64,000 bases of DNA from Tricharina praecox (GCF_024521635.1 NW_026250416.1:248001-312000); one strand, 5' to 3'; shown: positions 25,104 through 39,800, counted from the first letter of the stretch. Made by a program: numbers and translations. The notes: generated by a model from the letters alone, not told the origin.

Positions 25104-26570
25104 ATGCCAGGTGCCTCCTCCAGACGATCATCTCCCAACAACACCCGCGCCAATGCCGGCCGCAAGTCGAGATCCAGTTTCACGGGTGATCTCATATGAT
25201 CACGCTCGCTCCAACGGTACGTACCTCTCCTTTCCTTCCCGCAATACTCTCGTAACCAAACGATTGATTTACTGATAGCAGCCTTCCGCAGGCCCAACCA
25301 TTATCCTGCAGAAGACATATCCCCCTAGTTTCAAGTTATAGCGGTCCAGGCTAATCTTGTGCCCACCAGGGCTCAACCACTACAGCAACATCTTGATTTC
25401 CTGATCAATTCGGGGTGCTGTATTCCCCACTACACGTATGTAAACACCCTCCCGCAACTCACGCAATCTGCTAAGATTATGACATGCTGGGCCAGAGAAG
25501 CGGCGAAGGCACTACGCTGCTACCGACGGCCACTGTCTTCGTGCTCGACCCCGCTCCTAGCCCTTCAGGATAATTTGCTTTCAGGTCTTTGAAAAGCCCT
25601 GGTGTATTGCTGTCCGCAGCCTCTTTTTGTCTTCAACATTGCCTGGGAGTTCAACAAGGCATCCAGCCGTTGTTCTGGCCGATCCATGGAGCCAGATGCG
25701 CATCTCGTATCCTCAACAGGCGGAAGTCGTACAGACGAGACGGCCCGTGCCGCCCGGCCTCAGACATTGCCGAAGCACTCTGATATGTCGGCACATAAGA
25801 CTAAACGAACGCTTCAGATTCCAGAATGGTGGAAAGAAGACGTAAGTTCTCTAGGCCAGTCTTTTGCAGACAATCATTGCCGGCAGCCAGCTGCAGAGGA
25901 CGGAACCAATCCGTTCCATCTCCTGGGTGGACATTCATGCAGCAAAGGGGAGATAATGAAATGCGCGGAGGACCTAGGTCAAGCTTTTATTACCACTAAT
26001 CGATACTATGCCAGTAGAAGCTTCGTCCCACGCACTCCGGCTGCTGTGCCGAAGCTCTATAAGGTACCGCGAGGGGGCAGCGTGCCGTCGGAGAAAAAAT
26101 CCGGAAGCATGCACTCCATCTCAACGGGGGGTTACCGCCCAGTTCCAAAAGCAGAATACAGGAAATCTTCCACTGCGCGCGGCCCGCCGTGCTGGAATCT
26201 TATGGCTCGCGGTTATCGTTACTCGCAACAGGCTCCTGGCGGGTCGGGTCGGCCCAGGAATGGTACTTCACTCCAGAACCATGGTCCCGTAACTCCAAGA
26301 CTCTTGAGATCCAAAATCCCCCACATATCAGCCATCCTCAACCTCCTCCACACATCCCCAGCAAGACTCTGTGTGCCCGCCATGCAGCCAACGCATCACC
26401 GGTTGTCACACGGCCACAACCCATGTTCCAGAATCCACAGAGCGCAACCCCCCGCTGGGCGGAGAGCAACGGAGAACCCACATCGAGCTCACGGCCAGCG
26501 GTCAGAGACAGTGGGAAGGAACCGAGTGTGTACGACAGCCATGATCTACCAAGGTCGAATGCTAAGATGA
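25104..26570 (+). pseudogene. Spliced orphan pseudogene, unknown family
   Basis: ATG at 25104. Introns 25217-25291 (GTACGT..CTGAT..CAG) and 25436-25495 (GTATGT..CTAAG..CAG) keep the frame into ORF 25602-26570. In-frame stops TGA 25197, TAG 25326, TGA 25590. Confidence 0.5.
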
Positions 26571-29370
26571 TTAAACAACCCCGCCAGTGGCCCGCCTTAT
26601 GTCGCTGTGTTGCCGGTTTCCATGTCCACCAACTACCACCAGGCAGCAGTAACAGTAAAGTGCAAAGAGAGTGGGCAATAGTATGTGATCGCTAATGCGC
26701 CCCATAGAAGTGTGTTTCTGGCCACGCCTCGTGTCTCCCTGATTCCTGAATACCAGTCCTCCACCGGCATGTAAGTACTACCTACACGATGCCTAGAAAC
26801 CCTCCCCAACGGCAACGGTCAGCCCTCGATCGCCAGTTCCCAGCTATCCCCTCCACCATCGATAGGTACCATCCCAATTGCAAGAGAGAGAGAGAGCGTC
26901 TTATCCCAGCCAATGCACGCACCCGACTCGCTCGCAGAGTCGCAGTGCGCCCACCGGTCGGCCGGTCTCGCTCGCTCGCTCGCAGGCATCCGCTCCGAAA
27001 CCCTGCTTGCTTCCTTATGGGCGGGTGGGCGGGCACGGGGTACATACTTGTTAATTCGACTACAGGTGGGTAGTGGGACTGGGTAGGCGTGTACTCAGTC
27101 ACGAATCACCGTCATCTTGATGTCGATATATATATTGGCTCGCGGCGGCTACCCGTGGTAACGTTCCAGACCCGGCCGTGGAGGCCCTGGAGGGGCGGGG
27201 GAATCAGCTGTAGGGCACCAGGCACCTTGGCCAGGTAGTTAGGTAGACACGCAGACACGGTGCGCGTGAGTCGTGTCACAGACCACCGTCCACCAGACAG
27301 AGATATATATATCGTCATTTTGGGGCTGCAAGCGAGCTTGGTCGCCATTGCCACTGCCCCTGCCACTGGTCAGTTGTTTTTGGTTTTGGCTCGGTCGGGG
27401 ACGGCGGATATAAAAGAAGAGTCCAGCCTTCCAGGTAGGTACCGACCGCCGACTGGAGCCTACAATAAAGTACTGGTAGGTACTCTACCTATTGGTAGCC
27501 CAGTTCACCACAGCCCAGCCACACCACAGCCCAGCCACGACCCAGCCTACCCCAGCCACAGCCACACCTTCAGCAACACCCCAGCCATCGGCTCCACTCC
27601 CGTCCCCGTGCCCGACCCTTTCCTTCCTTCCCTCCTTCCTCCCTCCCCTCCTCTCCCCCTCCCCCCCTCCCTTCCATGACCTCACGCCGCGGCGATCGAC
27701 GACCCTGCAAAGAAACAAAGCGGGACTGCGTGCGCGCACGCGCTCAATCGTCGATTCGATGGTGGGGGGTGCGGGGTCGTACACGAGGTCACGCACGTTG
27801 CAGCAGACTATATGTATACACAGAGTCTGCAACTCTGTGAGGGCTCCGCCCGTTTACGTACCGGTACGTACCGTAGATGATCACGCTTCTCCTGAACTTT
27901 GAAGGCTGACATCCCCGCCCCACCGCCCCGCCGTGAGAACGTGAGAACGCCCGACGCGCCGTGCATACATACATGAAAAAATTAGGCGAATTGAATTCCC
28001 CCCGAACCCCGACCCCCGACCCTCCGACCCCCCGGCCCTCGTCGTGGTGGTGATGTACGGTACGGTGGTGGGGACTTATGTAGGAGAGGGATTTTTCCTT
28101 CTTTTCTCCGTCTGCAAAGACTGCAATGCGGATGGTAGGTATGGTAGGTGCTTATGCAAGGGGCAAACCGAATTGCGGACCGCGAATTGCGGACTGCGAG
28201 GTTGAAGCTGACTGTTCCCGAAGCCTGCCATCACCTTCGTGTGTGTACTGTGGAGATGTGATGAGGGAGAGAGAGGGAGAGGCGGATGGTACTTCGGAGT
28301 CCGAGGAACTGTGTATACCTACTACCCAGTAGATACTTGATTTCCCCATAGTACTGGTACCGTATGTAGTCGCCGTTCGCTCGCGGTCGTGAGTGTCCAC
28401 TCTAGTAGTTGCCAGCTTCAACCTCCAGGAGAATGACAAGTGTACTACATATACCCTCCCCACGGAGAAATTGAAGTACATATATTCACTATCTCCACCC
28501 AACACTACGGTAGCGAGGATGTACTTCCTTCCTATGTACGCACAAACGAACGAACGCCTCACCGTCACTGTCAATTGTCATCATCACCATCATCATCGTC
28601 AGCATCATCACGGCAACCGGGAGTCCCTGTAGAGTAGGTAGAGGAGTAGGAACTGTAGATACACACAGGCATACATGTTACATGTTACCTCTCTCTCACT
28701 TTCTAAGGGTCCACCTCGCACCTAGCACTGCAGGGATTGTTTCACCTTATTAGTTGGGTTATTTACTCTCCTCTACGGTACTCACCTCGGGTGTCCCCAG
28801 TAGATACACACAGAGCGTCATCTGTCTGTCTGTTCTTTATGCCTACCCCCCCCTCCCCCTCCCCCGTCTCAGCCTTCCAATTTCGCTGCATGCACAGGGA
28901 TCTGCTCCTTGCTGCTCGAGTCCGGTTGGTCGGTTGTTGCTCGCATGCGTCATCGAAAGCCTGAAGAGCAACGAAACCCAGGATACCTAGAGTACCGTAG
29001 AGTATCGCGACTCGAGAGTGGCCTCCTCCGAGAGTAATTGAGGAGAAACCACAAAACCAAAAAGAAAAAGAAAAAAAAAGAGAAAGAAAGAGAGAAAGAA
29101 AAACCTCGAGACATCACGCGCCAAGCGGTGTTCGAGAAATTAGCCGTATAAAGACTCCACCTCGCCGCCGCCGTCGCCGCGGCCTCCTCTGGCCGGTCTG
29201 GCCGGTCTGGCCGATCTGGGCGGTCGAAAGACGACGACCCCCCCTCCCCGGACGTCCCCCACACACGTTGTTTCTGTTTCTCCTCCCAGCGCTTCCGGGT
29301 CCCGGCCCAAAAGTCGGGAGAGCGGGAGAGAGACAAGACACACAGGACGGACAGGACGGAGAGGAGTCCT

Positions 29371-29407
29371 TTCTTCTTCTTCTTCTTCTTCTTCTTCTTC
29401 TTCTTCT
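29371..29407. repeat. (TTC)n microsatellite
   Basis: About 12 units. Confidence 0.9.
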
Positions 29408-32400
29408 TTTTTATGAACGCACACCGGCCGGCCCAGCACGCGGCCAGGAACCTTGTGTGTCTCTTTACGTTCCTTCGTTCTTTCGTTCCTTCCTTCCACC
29501 CTTCCTTCCATCCTTCCTCACCTTCCCTTCCTTCCTTCCTTCCTCCACGGGCGCGAAAAAGTGAGCTGCACTGCACGTCGACCTCATCCTTCACTTCTAT
29601 TTTCCGTCGCCAGTTAGGTTGTTGAAGGATGTGTGTCCTGCCATGCACCATCAATCGCACACAAAAAACTTTTTTTTCTCCGCTCCCTTCGCGAAAGAAA
29701 GAAAGAAAAAATGAAATCAAATTCTTCATGAAGAATTCTCGTCACATCGTCGCATACATCGTCAGTCACATCGTCGATCGGGCTTCTCCCAGCCTATATT
29801 TCGATTCTTTATTATTTATTTATTAATTATTTATGATTATTGTTTTTCACGGACGTGGTGGAGGAAGCGAGCGAAGCCCCCATCGTCATGTCCTGCCTGA
29901 GCCCTGAATTCGGATTGGGGGGCACTCAATTTACGACCGACTACACTAACCGAACGAGACGCTAGCACGAGCCAACGAAACGAAACCCACGAATAGGAAC
30001 GAAAACTCCCTGGCGGAAACTCCCTTGTGGCGCCAATTGGCGCCGGGAGGTGGGAGGGCACAACTAAAAGTGCGGAGTGGATGATAAGTATGATGCCTAC
30101 GGTAGATGGGCGGTTTGACCGTCAGTCAGACAGGCAGGCAGGCAGGCAGACGGACAGGCAGGCAGATACTCGCTGCTTTTGGGGGTGGAAATGGGGAATC
30201 GCGGTTACATACGAGTGTGGAAGATCGTGACGAGCTTGTGAAGACCGCCGAGAGGGGAGGGGGAAGGGAAGGGGGTGGTGGTGGTGACGTTGAGGCTAGT
30301 TAAGGCTCGGAAGGGAACACAAGACCTTTCGTCGTTTCCTCACCGCCTGTATGTATGGCCGCCGACAGGACTCGCAGGGACAGGGCCATGGCGAGGTTTC
30401 CATAGCCTTCTCCTGATCGTCATTCTCCGTTTCTTTCGAGCTGGTCACGGGCACGAGGTACGGTAGAGTGCGGTAGGTATCGGCCGCCGGCTCGAGACGT
30501 TTCCGTTTGGGTCTTCTTTTTTTTTTTTACGAGCGCTTTACATACGGGGTGAGACCCGGTTGAGGTCGCGCATTGATACTCCATGCGGGGACTGTTGATG
30601 AGGTCGTTACGTTTGGGCGGGACGGTGAGGATGGGCGAGGCATTGTATCAGCTGCCGGATTCGGCGCGAATTATTTGGCTGGCTGGCTGGCTTGAGCGTC
30701 GGCTACGAGTGAGCGACGGCTTGGGCAGATGGAAGCTGAATGGGCGGGTGGGTGGACGGGTGGATGGGTGTGGATGGGTGTGGTGGAGGTGGAGGTGGAG
30801 GTGGAGGTGGTGGAGGAGGTGGTAGGGGGAGGTGCGGGCAGAAAAAGGAGTGAAATAGGTTCCCATCCACGGATGAATGATGATGATGCTGACGATGATG
30901 TTGATGATGCTGATGATGATGCTCTGGCCCCGGGCTCGCCAGCAAAGCATATCTTATGCAATGTGTCTATTTCCTAAATTCGTTGGTGCTGCGTCGAGTA
31001 CTTTACGGGTCGCTTTCTCCCGACTTCTGCCCGTTCGTCATGTGCAAGCCGCGAACGAGCTGATATTCCAGCTCAGCTGTCGATACGAACATTTGTCGCT
31101 CTCTCTCTCTCTCTCTCTCTCTCGTTCTCCCTTTTCTTTCGCGGCACGAAAAGAGGAGCTGGACGCAGTTGGAACTCGGGCATGTACCATAGCATACATA
31201 TAGCATGTAGCATGTAGCATGTGCGCTTGTTTAGTGCAAGTGGCGACGGGCCAGATCATGGAGTGACGAGGAGGCGGTGGAGGTAAAAGCTGCAAAGTGG
31301 AGGTGGAGGATACAGTAAGAGGGAGCTCGGAGGTGGAGGTGGATGAGGAGGTGGAGGAGGTGGTGGACAATGCAATGCAACAAGGGGGTCTGGGGAGGGT
31401 GATATCGCTGGCCATGATGGTCGGTTGGCTGGCTGGCTGGGCTCGCGAAACATATCACGAGTAACGGTGGAGAGTGGCTTGCCTCCTCTCTTCTATATTC
31501 GTGCTCACCGACCAACCAGCCCTCGATGCCTACTCAGCCATAGAAATTATATCGCAGCACTTTAAGACAGTTGTGCCGACTTATATCAGAGAGAAGGAAA
31601 GAAGAAGCGGAAAAGAAGGACGGTTCGAAGAAGGAAGGTTCGAAAGAAGGAACGAAGGATGATTTTTCCTTCCATTTGATGTCATGGGACTACTATGTAA
31701 TCGGGACCGGATCGATTGACTGATCGATTGAATGACTGACTGATTGATTGATTTGACTATGGATTGATTGCGTTGAGGGATTGATCATCATCATTGTCCG
31801 TCGTACGTCGTCGTCGTGGTCTTCGTCTTTATATGTACTGTCATTTGCTCAATCGAGTTCGGAAGAGTAAGGGAGGAAGAGGAGGAGTAGGAGAAGGGTG
31901 AGGAAGAGGGACTCCGGGGGAGGGGGTGTGGCTATTATGCTCTTGTTCGTTTCTAGCTCTTACCAAGAGACACCTCCACCACTCTCCACACACACCTCAC
32001 TCCACACACCACCACCACTACCACCACCACAACCACTACGACGCACACCACGGCGTTGAATACGGTACTTCATACTTGCTCTCTCCACCCTCCCAACGAC
32101 AAAATCCAATCATCTTCGTCGTTGCCGAAGACCGCACTGAATAGACACGGCCACACTGTAGACGGAGCCTCTCTCTCTCCTACTCCTCTCCCCCTCTCGC
32201 CCGCTTAGCTGTTAGCGAAACAAGGACGACACCCGCCGCTCCCTCTTTCGTCTGCCTCCCCCCCCATCCCTCCTCTACCCCTCGCTCCCTCCTCTCCTGG
32301 ACAAGCCCGGCCCGTCCCTTTCCGTCGGCTTCGCTATTTCACTTCAATCTCGTCAAGTCCGTCTCCGCTCGGAAACCCCATCCCAACCCGAAGAAAAAAA

Positions 32401-33249
32401 AAACACCCCACCCTTCCACCCACCTCGCCCTCCCACACATCCGCTTCAAAAACCCTTTATCCGACGAGAACGGCGCTGCCAGAGCATCTATCCCCTCCAT
32501 ACCTGGGCCCCACCCCCCGTTCAAAAGAACCCTCCGCTCTCGCCGGGTCCGTCGCGCTCATCGCCGCGCGCCAGCCACCGCGCTACTCTTGCAATCGAAA
32601 TACTCTCCGCCCGCAGCAGCAACCACAACCGTACACGATCTTGTTCCTTACTCATCGGCTGTGCTCTACACCTGCGCCATACCCATACACCGCCAACTTG
32701 GCTAGCTCCCGCTTCGTCGAACGTGTGGTTTAGCAGCAGCACCAGCAAAAGCAGAGACAGCACGACTACATCCACCCCTCCCACACACTCGCACCCTCCC
32801 CCACCCCCCAGACCGATTCCACTGTACGGCCCTTTATTGTTTTTTTTTCTCCATTCCCACCCATTCGGTACTCTACATTACACGTACATACACCCACACA
32901 TCCATAGTCACCTACATCCTCTCCCCATACACACTCTACTCAACTCACTCTACTTCTCCACCGCTCGGTCCCCTCCCTTCGACTTCAAGGACCCATTCCG
33001 CTGGGATTTCCGCGCCATCATCAACCACACCCCCCCCCCCAGTTTTACCCGCAACAAATACCTTCCGAAAACCCGCCACAGTCTCCGAGCAGTCCTTAAC
33101 CTGTCTCGCCCTCTTCCACCACGGCTTCCCACGACGACCACGCATCTTCTTCCCTCCCTCCTCCTCCAACATCTTCTCCGCCCCCACACCAACAGCCTTC
33201 ATCTCGCTCGACTATGGTGACACCTACTCGACCATCCAACAGCAGAATC

Positions 33250-33867
33250 ATGTCTACACGGTCCGTCGTCGAGCCGCTCGACTCTCCCCCGTTGTCGGCG
33301 AGTTCACTGTCGACCCCTTCGATATCAGATGACCACGACCCTCTACAACACAACAGTGATGCGGGAGGAAAGGACGATGGTATATTGGATGACGATGAGC
33401 GGAGAGGGCGATCGGCAACAGTCGAGGCCGCCAGATTCGAGATGGATCCGCGCAACATGAGCCCCCGAAGAGATAGCGAAGAACTGCACCAACTCGGCGC
33501 CGAAACCAAGGCCAGGCTTGAAGCGTATGTTCCTGTTGTTATTCCATCGGCTACAGCCATGGAGTCCCCTCAATCTCGGTTCCTGCAGCGCTGATTGTCC
33601 TTGCTCTCTATAGGCAAGCACAATCACTACAGTCGGGTCTTTTGGCGCTGCTAGAACGTGTAGACAAAGTTCGTGAAGAACATGACAAGCTGGAGGGCGA
33701 GAACCGTTTTCTACAAGAGTACGACCTATCAACAATCTCTGGGGTCGGGGAGCCGAGCCATGCCAAGATTCTCTACTAACATCGGCCTTTGCAGATATAT
33801 CGGTTCCTTAATGGCGACATCGAAGATAACTGGATCGGCGCGGAATTCTGGGGGCAGACTAAAGTAA
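33250..33867 (+). CDS. Short coiled-coil protein (DUF2205; SCOC/Slo1-like), 150 aa (alternative in-frame ATG at 33214)
   Basis: Exons 33250-33524, 33614-33718, 33795-33867. MSPRRDSEE...QAQSLQSGLLALLERVDKVREEHDKLEGENRFLQEYIGSLMATSKIT is the DUF2205 signature. Confidence 0.88.
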
Positions 33868-36800
33868 ATGCTGGTGCCTTCCCCTCGGACTGGACCGACA
33901 GTGACCATTGGCGATTCGAAACAGGTGGAAGAGATACAACGACAAGATAGAGTTGGGCTTTGGAGGTGTTTTTGTTTTTTCCGTTGTGGTTGCTATTCTT
34001 TTGTACAATGGTTTGCTTTGAGCGATGCATGCCACTTGCTGCGATTGATTGGTTGTTCTGGGAGAGGGAGGGAGAGGGAGAGATCTGGGAGAGGATGGGT
34101 GGATGGAAAGACGAGATGAGTGGGGGGAGGTGATGGCTACGGTGTAGGGGGGAATTTCCCGACGACAAACACGACGACCACGATCGCAACAGACGGCCAA
34201 CCTTCCATGTCGTATCCGGTTATATTCTTCGCATACGGTATCCCCTCGGATTGTCTTTCCATCAAGTCGGCACAATCGCCCGTGGTACTTGCTTTTCATA
34301 ACGACCCGTCACGAAGCAGCATCGTCACGATTCATTCAACATATATATTCCCAACTTTCCCCACCTTCCAGGTCTGCATGCGGACTTTAGCCAGCTGCGG
34401 TGCCGGCCCCTTGCAAGGTGAAAGCGAAAAGCTACTTTTTACTTTCCATTGGGATACTTGTATAAAGCACATTTTCTTTTGCTATCCTTTTTCGATTGGA
34501 ACGTTTTGTTTGGGGGGCTCGTCTTCGTCGAGCCCATGTCTCCTTTGCGTTTTTCCTCTTTCTTTCCTCTTTCTCTCATTTTGCGGTGTCTTGTTTTTCT
34601 GGTCACACGTGTTTCCATTGCTTGATTGGGGTGTTCAGTGTCTGCATTTTGCTTCTTTTATTTTTACGCGTGCCAGGTATGGAAGGGGGAACTCTTTTTG
34701 GCTGTACTTAGTTTTTTTTTTGTTTTTTTATGAGTATCGACTCTTTTTTTCTCCCTTTTTTTCTTTTTCTTTTCTTGACCGTCATTCACGCAAAGGTTCA
34801 ATAGGGTCTGATTTCTGCCTTTTTGTGTTTGCTTTTATTTTGCTCTATTTCCTCACGACAAACAAGGTGTGTCGGAGGCCGTGTGGAGGGGAAGGTAGAA
34901 TGGTGGATTTGTATATGAGGAGGAGTGATGGATCAGGAGGAGGAGGAGGAGGAGGAGGAGGAGGAGGAGGACGATTAGGATGGGGAGGAGGGATTCCTTC
35001 TCCCATCATCCGTGGATTCCCTTTGGCTCTTTTTTTTTTGATTTAGTGCTGCTGCCAAGTTTATCGTTCCGTTCGGTTGGTAGACAAGGTAGGCGTTCAA
35101 GTTCTTCACTTTATTCAATCTTCATTTCTTCACCCTGCGTATGTTTTCTTCTTCTATATGCTCTGTCCTGTCCTGTTTCGTACGTTGAATGTCGATATCC
35201 GTGGTTGTGTTTATACTTGTGTGTCCGTATGCCTGGTGTATGGGGGAGATCAATTATATCATTGGACCACACACCTACTTGGCTATCCCATCTGCCTGCC
35301 TGCCTGCCTGCCTTCTCTGTCGATTGATTCAAGGCTAATCATGAATGATTGCGCTGATCTGGATGGATGTTACAGACGGACATGACAGGACAGGACAGAG
35401 GTCATTGTACATATTGTACATTCCGTATGTACCTTACGTTACCTTACCTGGCTCCACCCATCCCCGTCGTTTGCACCCACGTACAGTACCGTACCGTACC
35501 CACTGCGCCGAATGCGAGCCGATTTGCGAAAAGCGGTGCCGTGTAACTGCGATGCGATGTGCTGCCGCTTGACGTAGTGCCCCCTCCATGTCCCGCATGC
35601 GGAATGTCTGGTTGATTCGACGAGGCGGGGAGGGGGGAGGGTGGGTAGGGGGTAGGGGGATACCCAGATTGGGATGTGGATGGATGGATGGATGGATGGT
35701 TGGAGGGAGGGATCGATACATCGGGCAGTTGAGGAACCGAACGCGCGTGGTGGATGTGGTGGATGCGATTGCCAGCTTGTCTTGCCAGCACGATGCGGTT
35801 CCTATTCGGGATGCTGTTGCTCAGAACGGACTCGCGGACGCGGTGCGGGTATCAATGCGGCAAGGCTGATGGTGGTGGCCAGCTAGCGGGGAGGTAGGGA
35901 GGTGGTGGAGGTAGGGAGGCGGCCGCGGTGATGTGCTTGCTTGCTTGCTTGTTGGCATCCGTGCCCGCATGTGTAACTATCACACATGTAACTACAAAGA
36001 TACTGTGCGCCGGGTGGACCTTTAATCCCTCTACATACTCCAGATGCCGACCGCTGGCGACGGCGGGTGGAGTAGGTACTTTGATATGTTGTAGTAGTAG
36101 CAAGTGTGGATCCTTTCGTAGGTACTCTACTCTACTCCACCGTACTGGTACTTTAGAGTAGATACATCACCAAGGCAAGAGTTGTCTCTCCTTCTTTTCC
36201 ACCCGCATGCTTGCTTACATACATGCCGCCCCACGGCCCCCAATGGCCACCCCATGGCCCCATCTCATCCCTCCATTGCTGCATCCCTCCCCTCCCCTCC
36301 CATCCCCTATCCCTTTCCTCATCCCTCCCTCCCTCCCTCCCTCCCCCCTCCACTCGGCCGCAGACCCTGCGTCGACGTGACGGGACCGTTTTTCGGTTGC
36401 GTTGTGCCACATGTTCGATGTAGAGTAGATAGATGGATGTGTGTATGTAGGCTGTCTGTCCGCACATACATCCATACATGCAGGCCGCAGGTGTGGATGT
36501 GGATGGATGTGGATTTAAAGTGGATGGCTGATGGCGGCGAACGGCGGACGAACAACAACGGGCCGCATGGGCATGCGCATGGCCCGGCCCCTGTCACGCT
36601 CGCGTGCGTGCACCGACGTCGTCGCTGTTGTCGCCGCCCACAGTCCACACATCCCAATCCCCATCGCCGCCCCCGACCCTCCGACCCCTCCGAAGACGTA
36701 GATAGAATGCACGCCTGGGGATGTGTAGAGTAGAGTACGCGTGCGTCGGGTGGACGGACACGTCACGGCTTACAAAGAGTACTCTGGATAGCTAGCTGGG

Positions 36801-39800
36801 CGGGTTCGCAATCGGTGGCCGGCGGTGATGGATGCGGCTAGGGGAGAGGGTGCGGGGATCGGATATCCGTGCGCCGGCAAGGGCCGGCAGGACCGGGGAA
36901 CGGGGGAGAACTACATGAATCTGGGACGGACGGTCGTTTGCGAGAGACGGTAGGGGCGGTGAGCGAGGGGCGAGGGGCGAGGGGGATCGTCCGGTAACAT
37001 CGGATACTACAGATACTACATACATCGGATAGGTACTACACCATGTTGTGCGCAACCAACTGTACATACCATCTATGTCACTACCTAGCCGCCGTAATGC
37101 GTTTGGATCCTCGCCGATCGTTGGCCGTTCGCTCGTACCCACGGCGCCGGCGGCGATGGCGATGGGGTAACTTGTGTGATGTAAGTAAGCGGCGCGGGCA
37201 GCCGGAACCATCCATCCCCACGGACGGAAGCTGTAAACATTCTGGAACCTGGATGCTGCCGTCGTGAAGGATGAAGCCAAATGCTTTGGATATTTTTCCC
37301 ACGACAGTGTGGACGTGCGGGCGAGGCGCTGTCTGATTACCTATTCGATCAAGGTCAGGGCTATGAGCGCGCCCTCACGCCGTACCAGACTTCCTGATAT
37401 CTTGCACTCGTCCGCATGCGGGCCTCCCATCGCCGCTCCCAAGTTCCCGAGTCCCCGTCGGTCTTGGCCTTCCACGAGTGATATCGCATGCATGGTTATT
37501 CCTATCCCTTGCGACATCCACAAACGACAACCACTTGCTACACATAGTAACCAACACCCACCAACCGCTCTGCCTCCACTAGTCAACGCCGTGCACACAC
37601 TCATCGATCGGCGCATCTACTCTAGGTACTCTAGATACCTGTCTACTATCGCGACCACCGGACACCGGACACCGGCCGTTCACAACTTACAATCTTGAAG
37701 CAGCCATGATCGTCTCGATGACGTTCCAGTCGTACCACTCCGCTCCGATGTCACTCACTCACCACCATGTCACTCCCATGCCGCTCCGATGCCGCTCCGA
37801 TGCCTGGTGGGTTGGAAATAAAAAAATAAAATGAAATGGAAAAACAAACCATGCAATGGGCGCCATGCAATGCCTTGCAATGCCACGCTCAGACGGCTGG
37901 ATGACGGCCGGAGGTTTTTTTTTTTTTTTTTTTTTGGGGGGGGATGGAAACGACGTTCTCCCCGCAGTTGAGGAACCCCAAGGAAACGGCTGGCTGGCTG
38001 ACTGGCTGACTGGCTGGCTGGGCTGGGCTGGGCTGGGAGAGGAAACGAGATGGACCTCCTGCTTTCCGCCCTTCCTTACTTGCTGACCTTTCCTCCCACG
38101 CCGCAGCCGGCGAGTGAGCACAAGAGATCGAATCGAAGAGAATCGTAGATCTCGATTGAGGCTTTCCCTTACCTCCCCCAATTCGTTCGTTGAAACCTTA
38201 ACCTTATATACTCAGTACTTCCTACCTCCTTACAAACTTCAAACAAGCTCCGAATACGAGATCGGCGTGTGGGTTGGCGTGTGAGTGTGTGGGTTGGCGT
38301 GTGAGTGTAGGTGTGGGGGGCGGGCAGAAGTGGGATGTGGCATGTGTGGGATGTGGGATATGTGGGGCGTGGGGTGTGGGGGGATGGTGGGGAAGCGTTG
38401 CACAAATTTCAATCCTTCGACGACGTACATACTTCATGCCTACACACGTACATACCAACGTGGCTCCCCTGTATGTATGTAGGTCTGTATGTACTTATCT
38501 ACGGTACCTCGTGTTTCATGTCTACAGTCCGCCTGCAGTGCAGGCTGCGGAGGGGGAACGCCGGCCGGTCCGGTCCGGTTGGGGCGGGGCTGTCAGAGCT
38601 GTGGGTGAGCGGCTGGGCGGGCAGCTGAGCGGGCAGCTGCGGGAGATGGTGGGAGATGGCGGAGGTTATGATCTGCAGGGCGGCCCAACGGGTGAGCTGG
38701 CGGGTATATGTTCGTTGGAAGGCCGAGAGAGAGAGAGAGATCTTCCTGTTTTATTTCGCATGCAGCCTATCTAGACTATGGCGAACCATCACACTCCTTT
38801 CCAGCCCATTTTGGCCGGCTGGAGGCTAGGACCCCGTTATCAGCCAGCACGATGTGGCGCCGTTCGTTGGAAGGTCGTGTGCATCGCCGGCCGGGAGGGC
38901 CGGCAAGGGCGAGTGCGATATAATGACGGAGACCTCTCATATGATAGTTGTTTTGCGTTGTAGGTACTGGCATACCGGATCCATCATCACTGATTTCTGG
39001 TCAAATTTCTTTCAGCGACTCTGTAAAGCTCTAGCCTCCAGATGGGTACCTCACTCGGGTTTTTTTAGGCGGTCACATCCGGCCCGTGTGAGAGTCCACT
39101 GTTCGGCACGGAAGATTGAACCGTTTTCCACGGCATCTCCATCTCATGATTGCTTAAGCTAGAAGCTATAACCTTACTAGTAGAACGGGCGGTTCAACGC
39201 AAACTTCCCCCCGATCACTCACTCGGACCAGCGCTTCGCCCGAGCGTGCCGGATATGGCATAACTGTGTGTACCCAGAACTGAGCGGGATTGCTGTCAGC
39301 GGGGAATGATGCCGGTATCGTTCGCACGGAGAGGTATCTCACGTTGGTACTTACCCTCAAGCCAAGCGGTAAGATATCAAGGTGGTCGTGATGGCTAGGT
39401 TTTAGTTTGTTAGAGCACGGGGGCGAGATTTGGCTCGGCTCTATGGGCGCAATCAGTGAGATGGCACGCGGCCGGCCCGAGCTCGAGCCTCGAGTTGGCC
39501 GCTGCCGCAGGTATGTCTTCGTTTGAGGTTTGTGGCCAGAGGGTCGGATAGGAAATTCTCTGTAGGCAGTCCATCGGGGCGCATAGCGGGCTTACATACT
39601 TCCAGGCTTTGGACGAGTGATAGTGTTAGGACGGATCTGAAGGCGAGGATACTGCTCAGACTCAGAGGCGGAAGCACTGGCGAGAAGTAATTTTTCAATT
39701 GGGAGTGGTTTATCTACCAGCAGGTAGTAGCCTCTGCTGACTACCGGTAATGGCATTACTACCAGCATGAAAGTTTAAGAATCGCTCCAAACTAGATGAT

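Noticed and set aside
34120..35046. 308-aa Phe-rich ORF
   Set aside because: Product of T-rich 3' UTR-like sequence and microsatellites.
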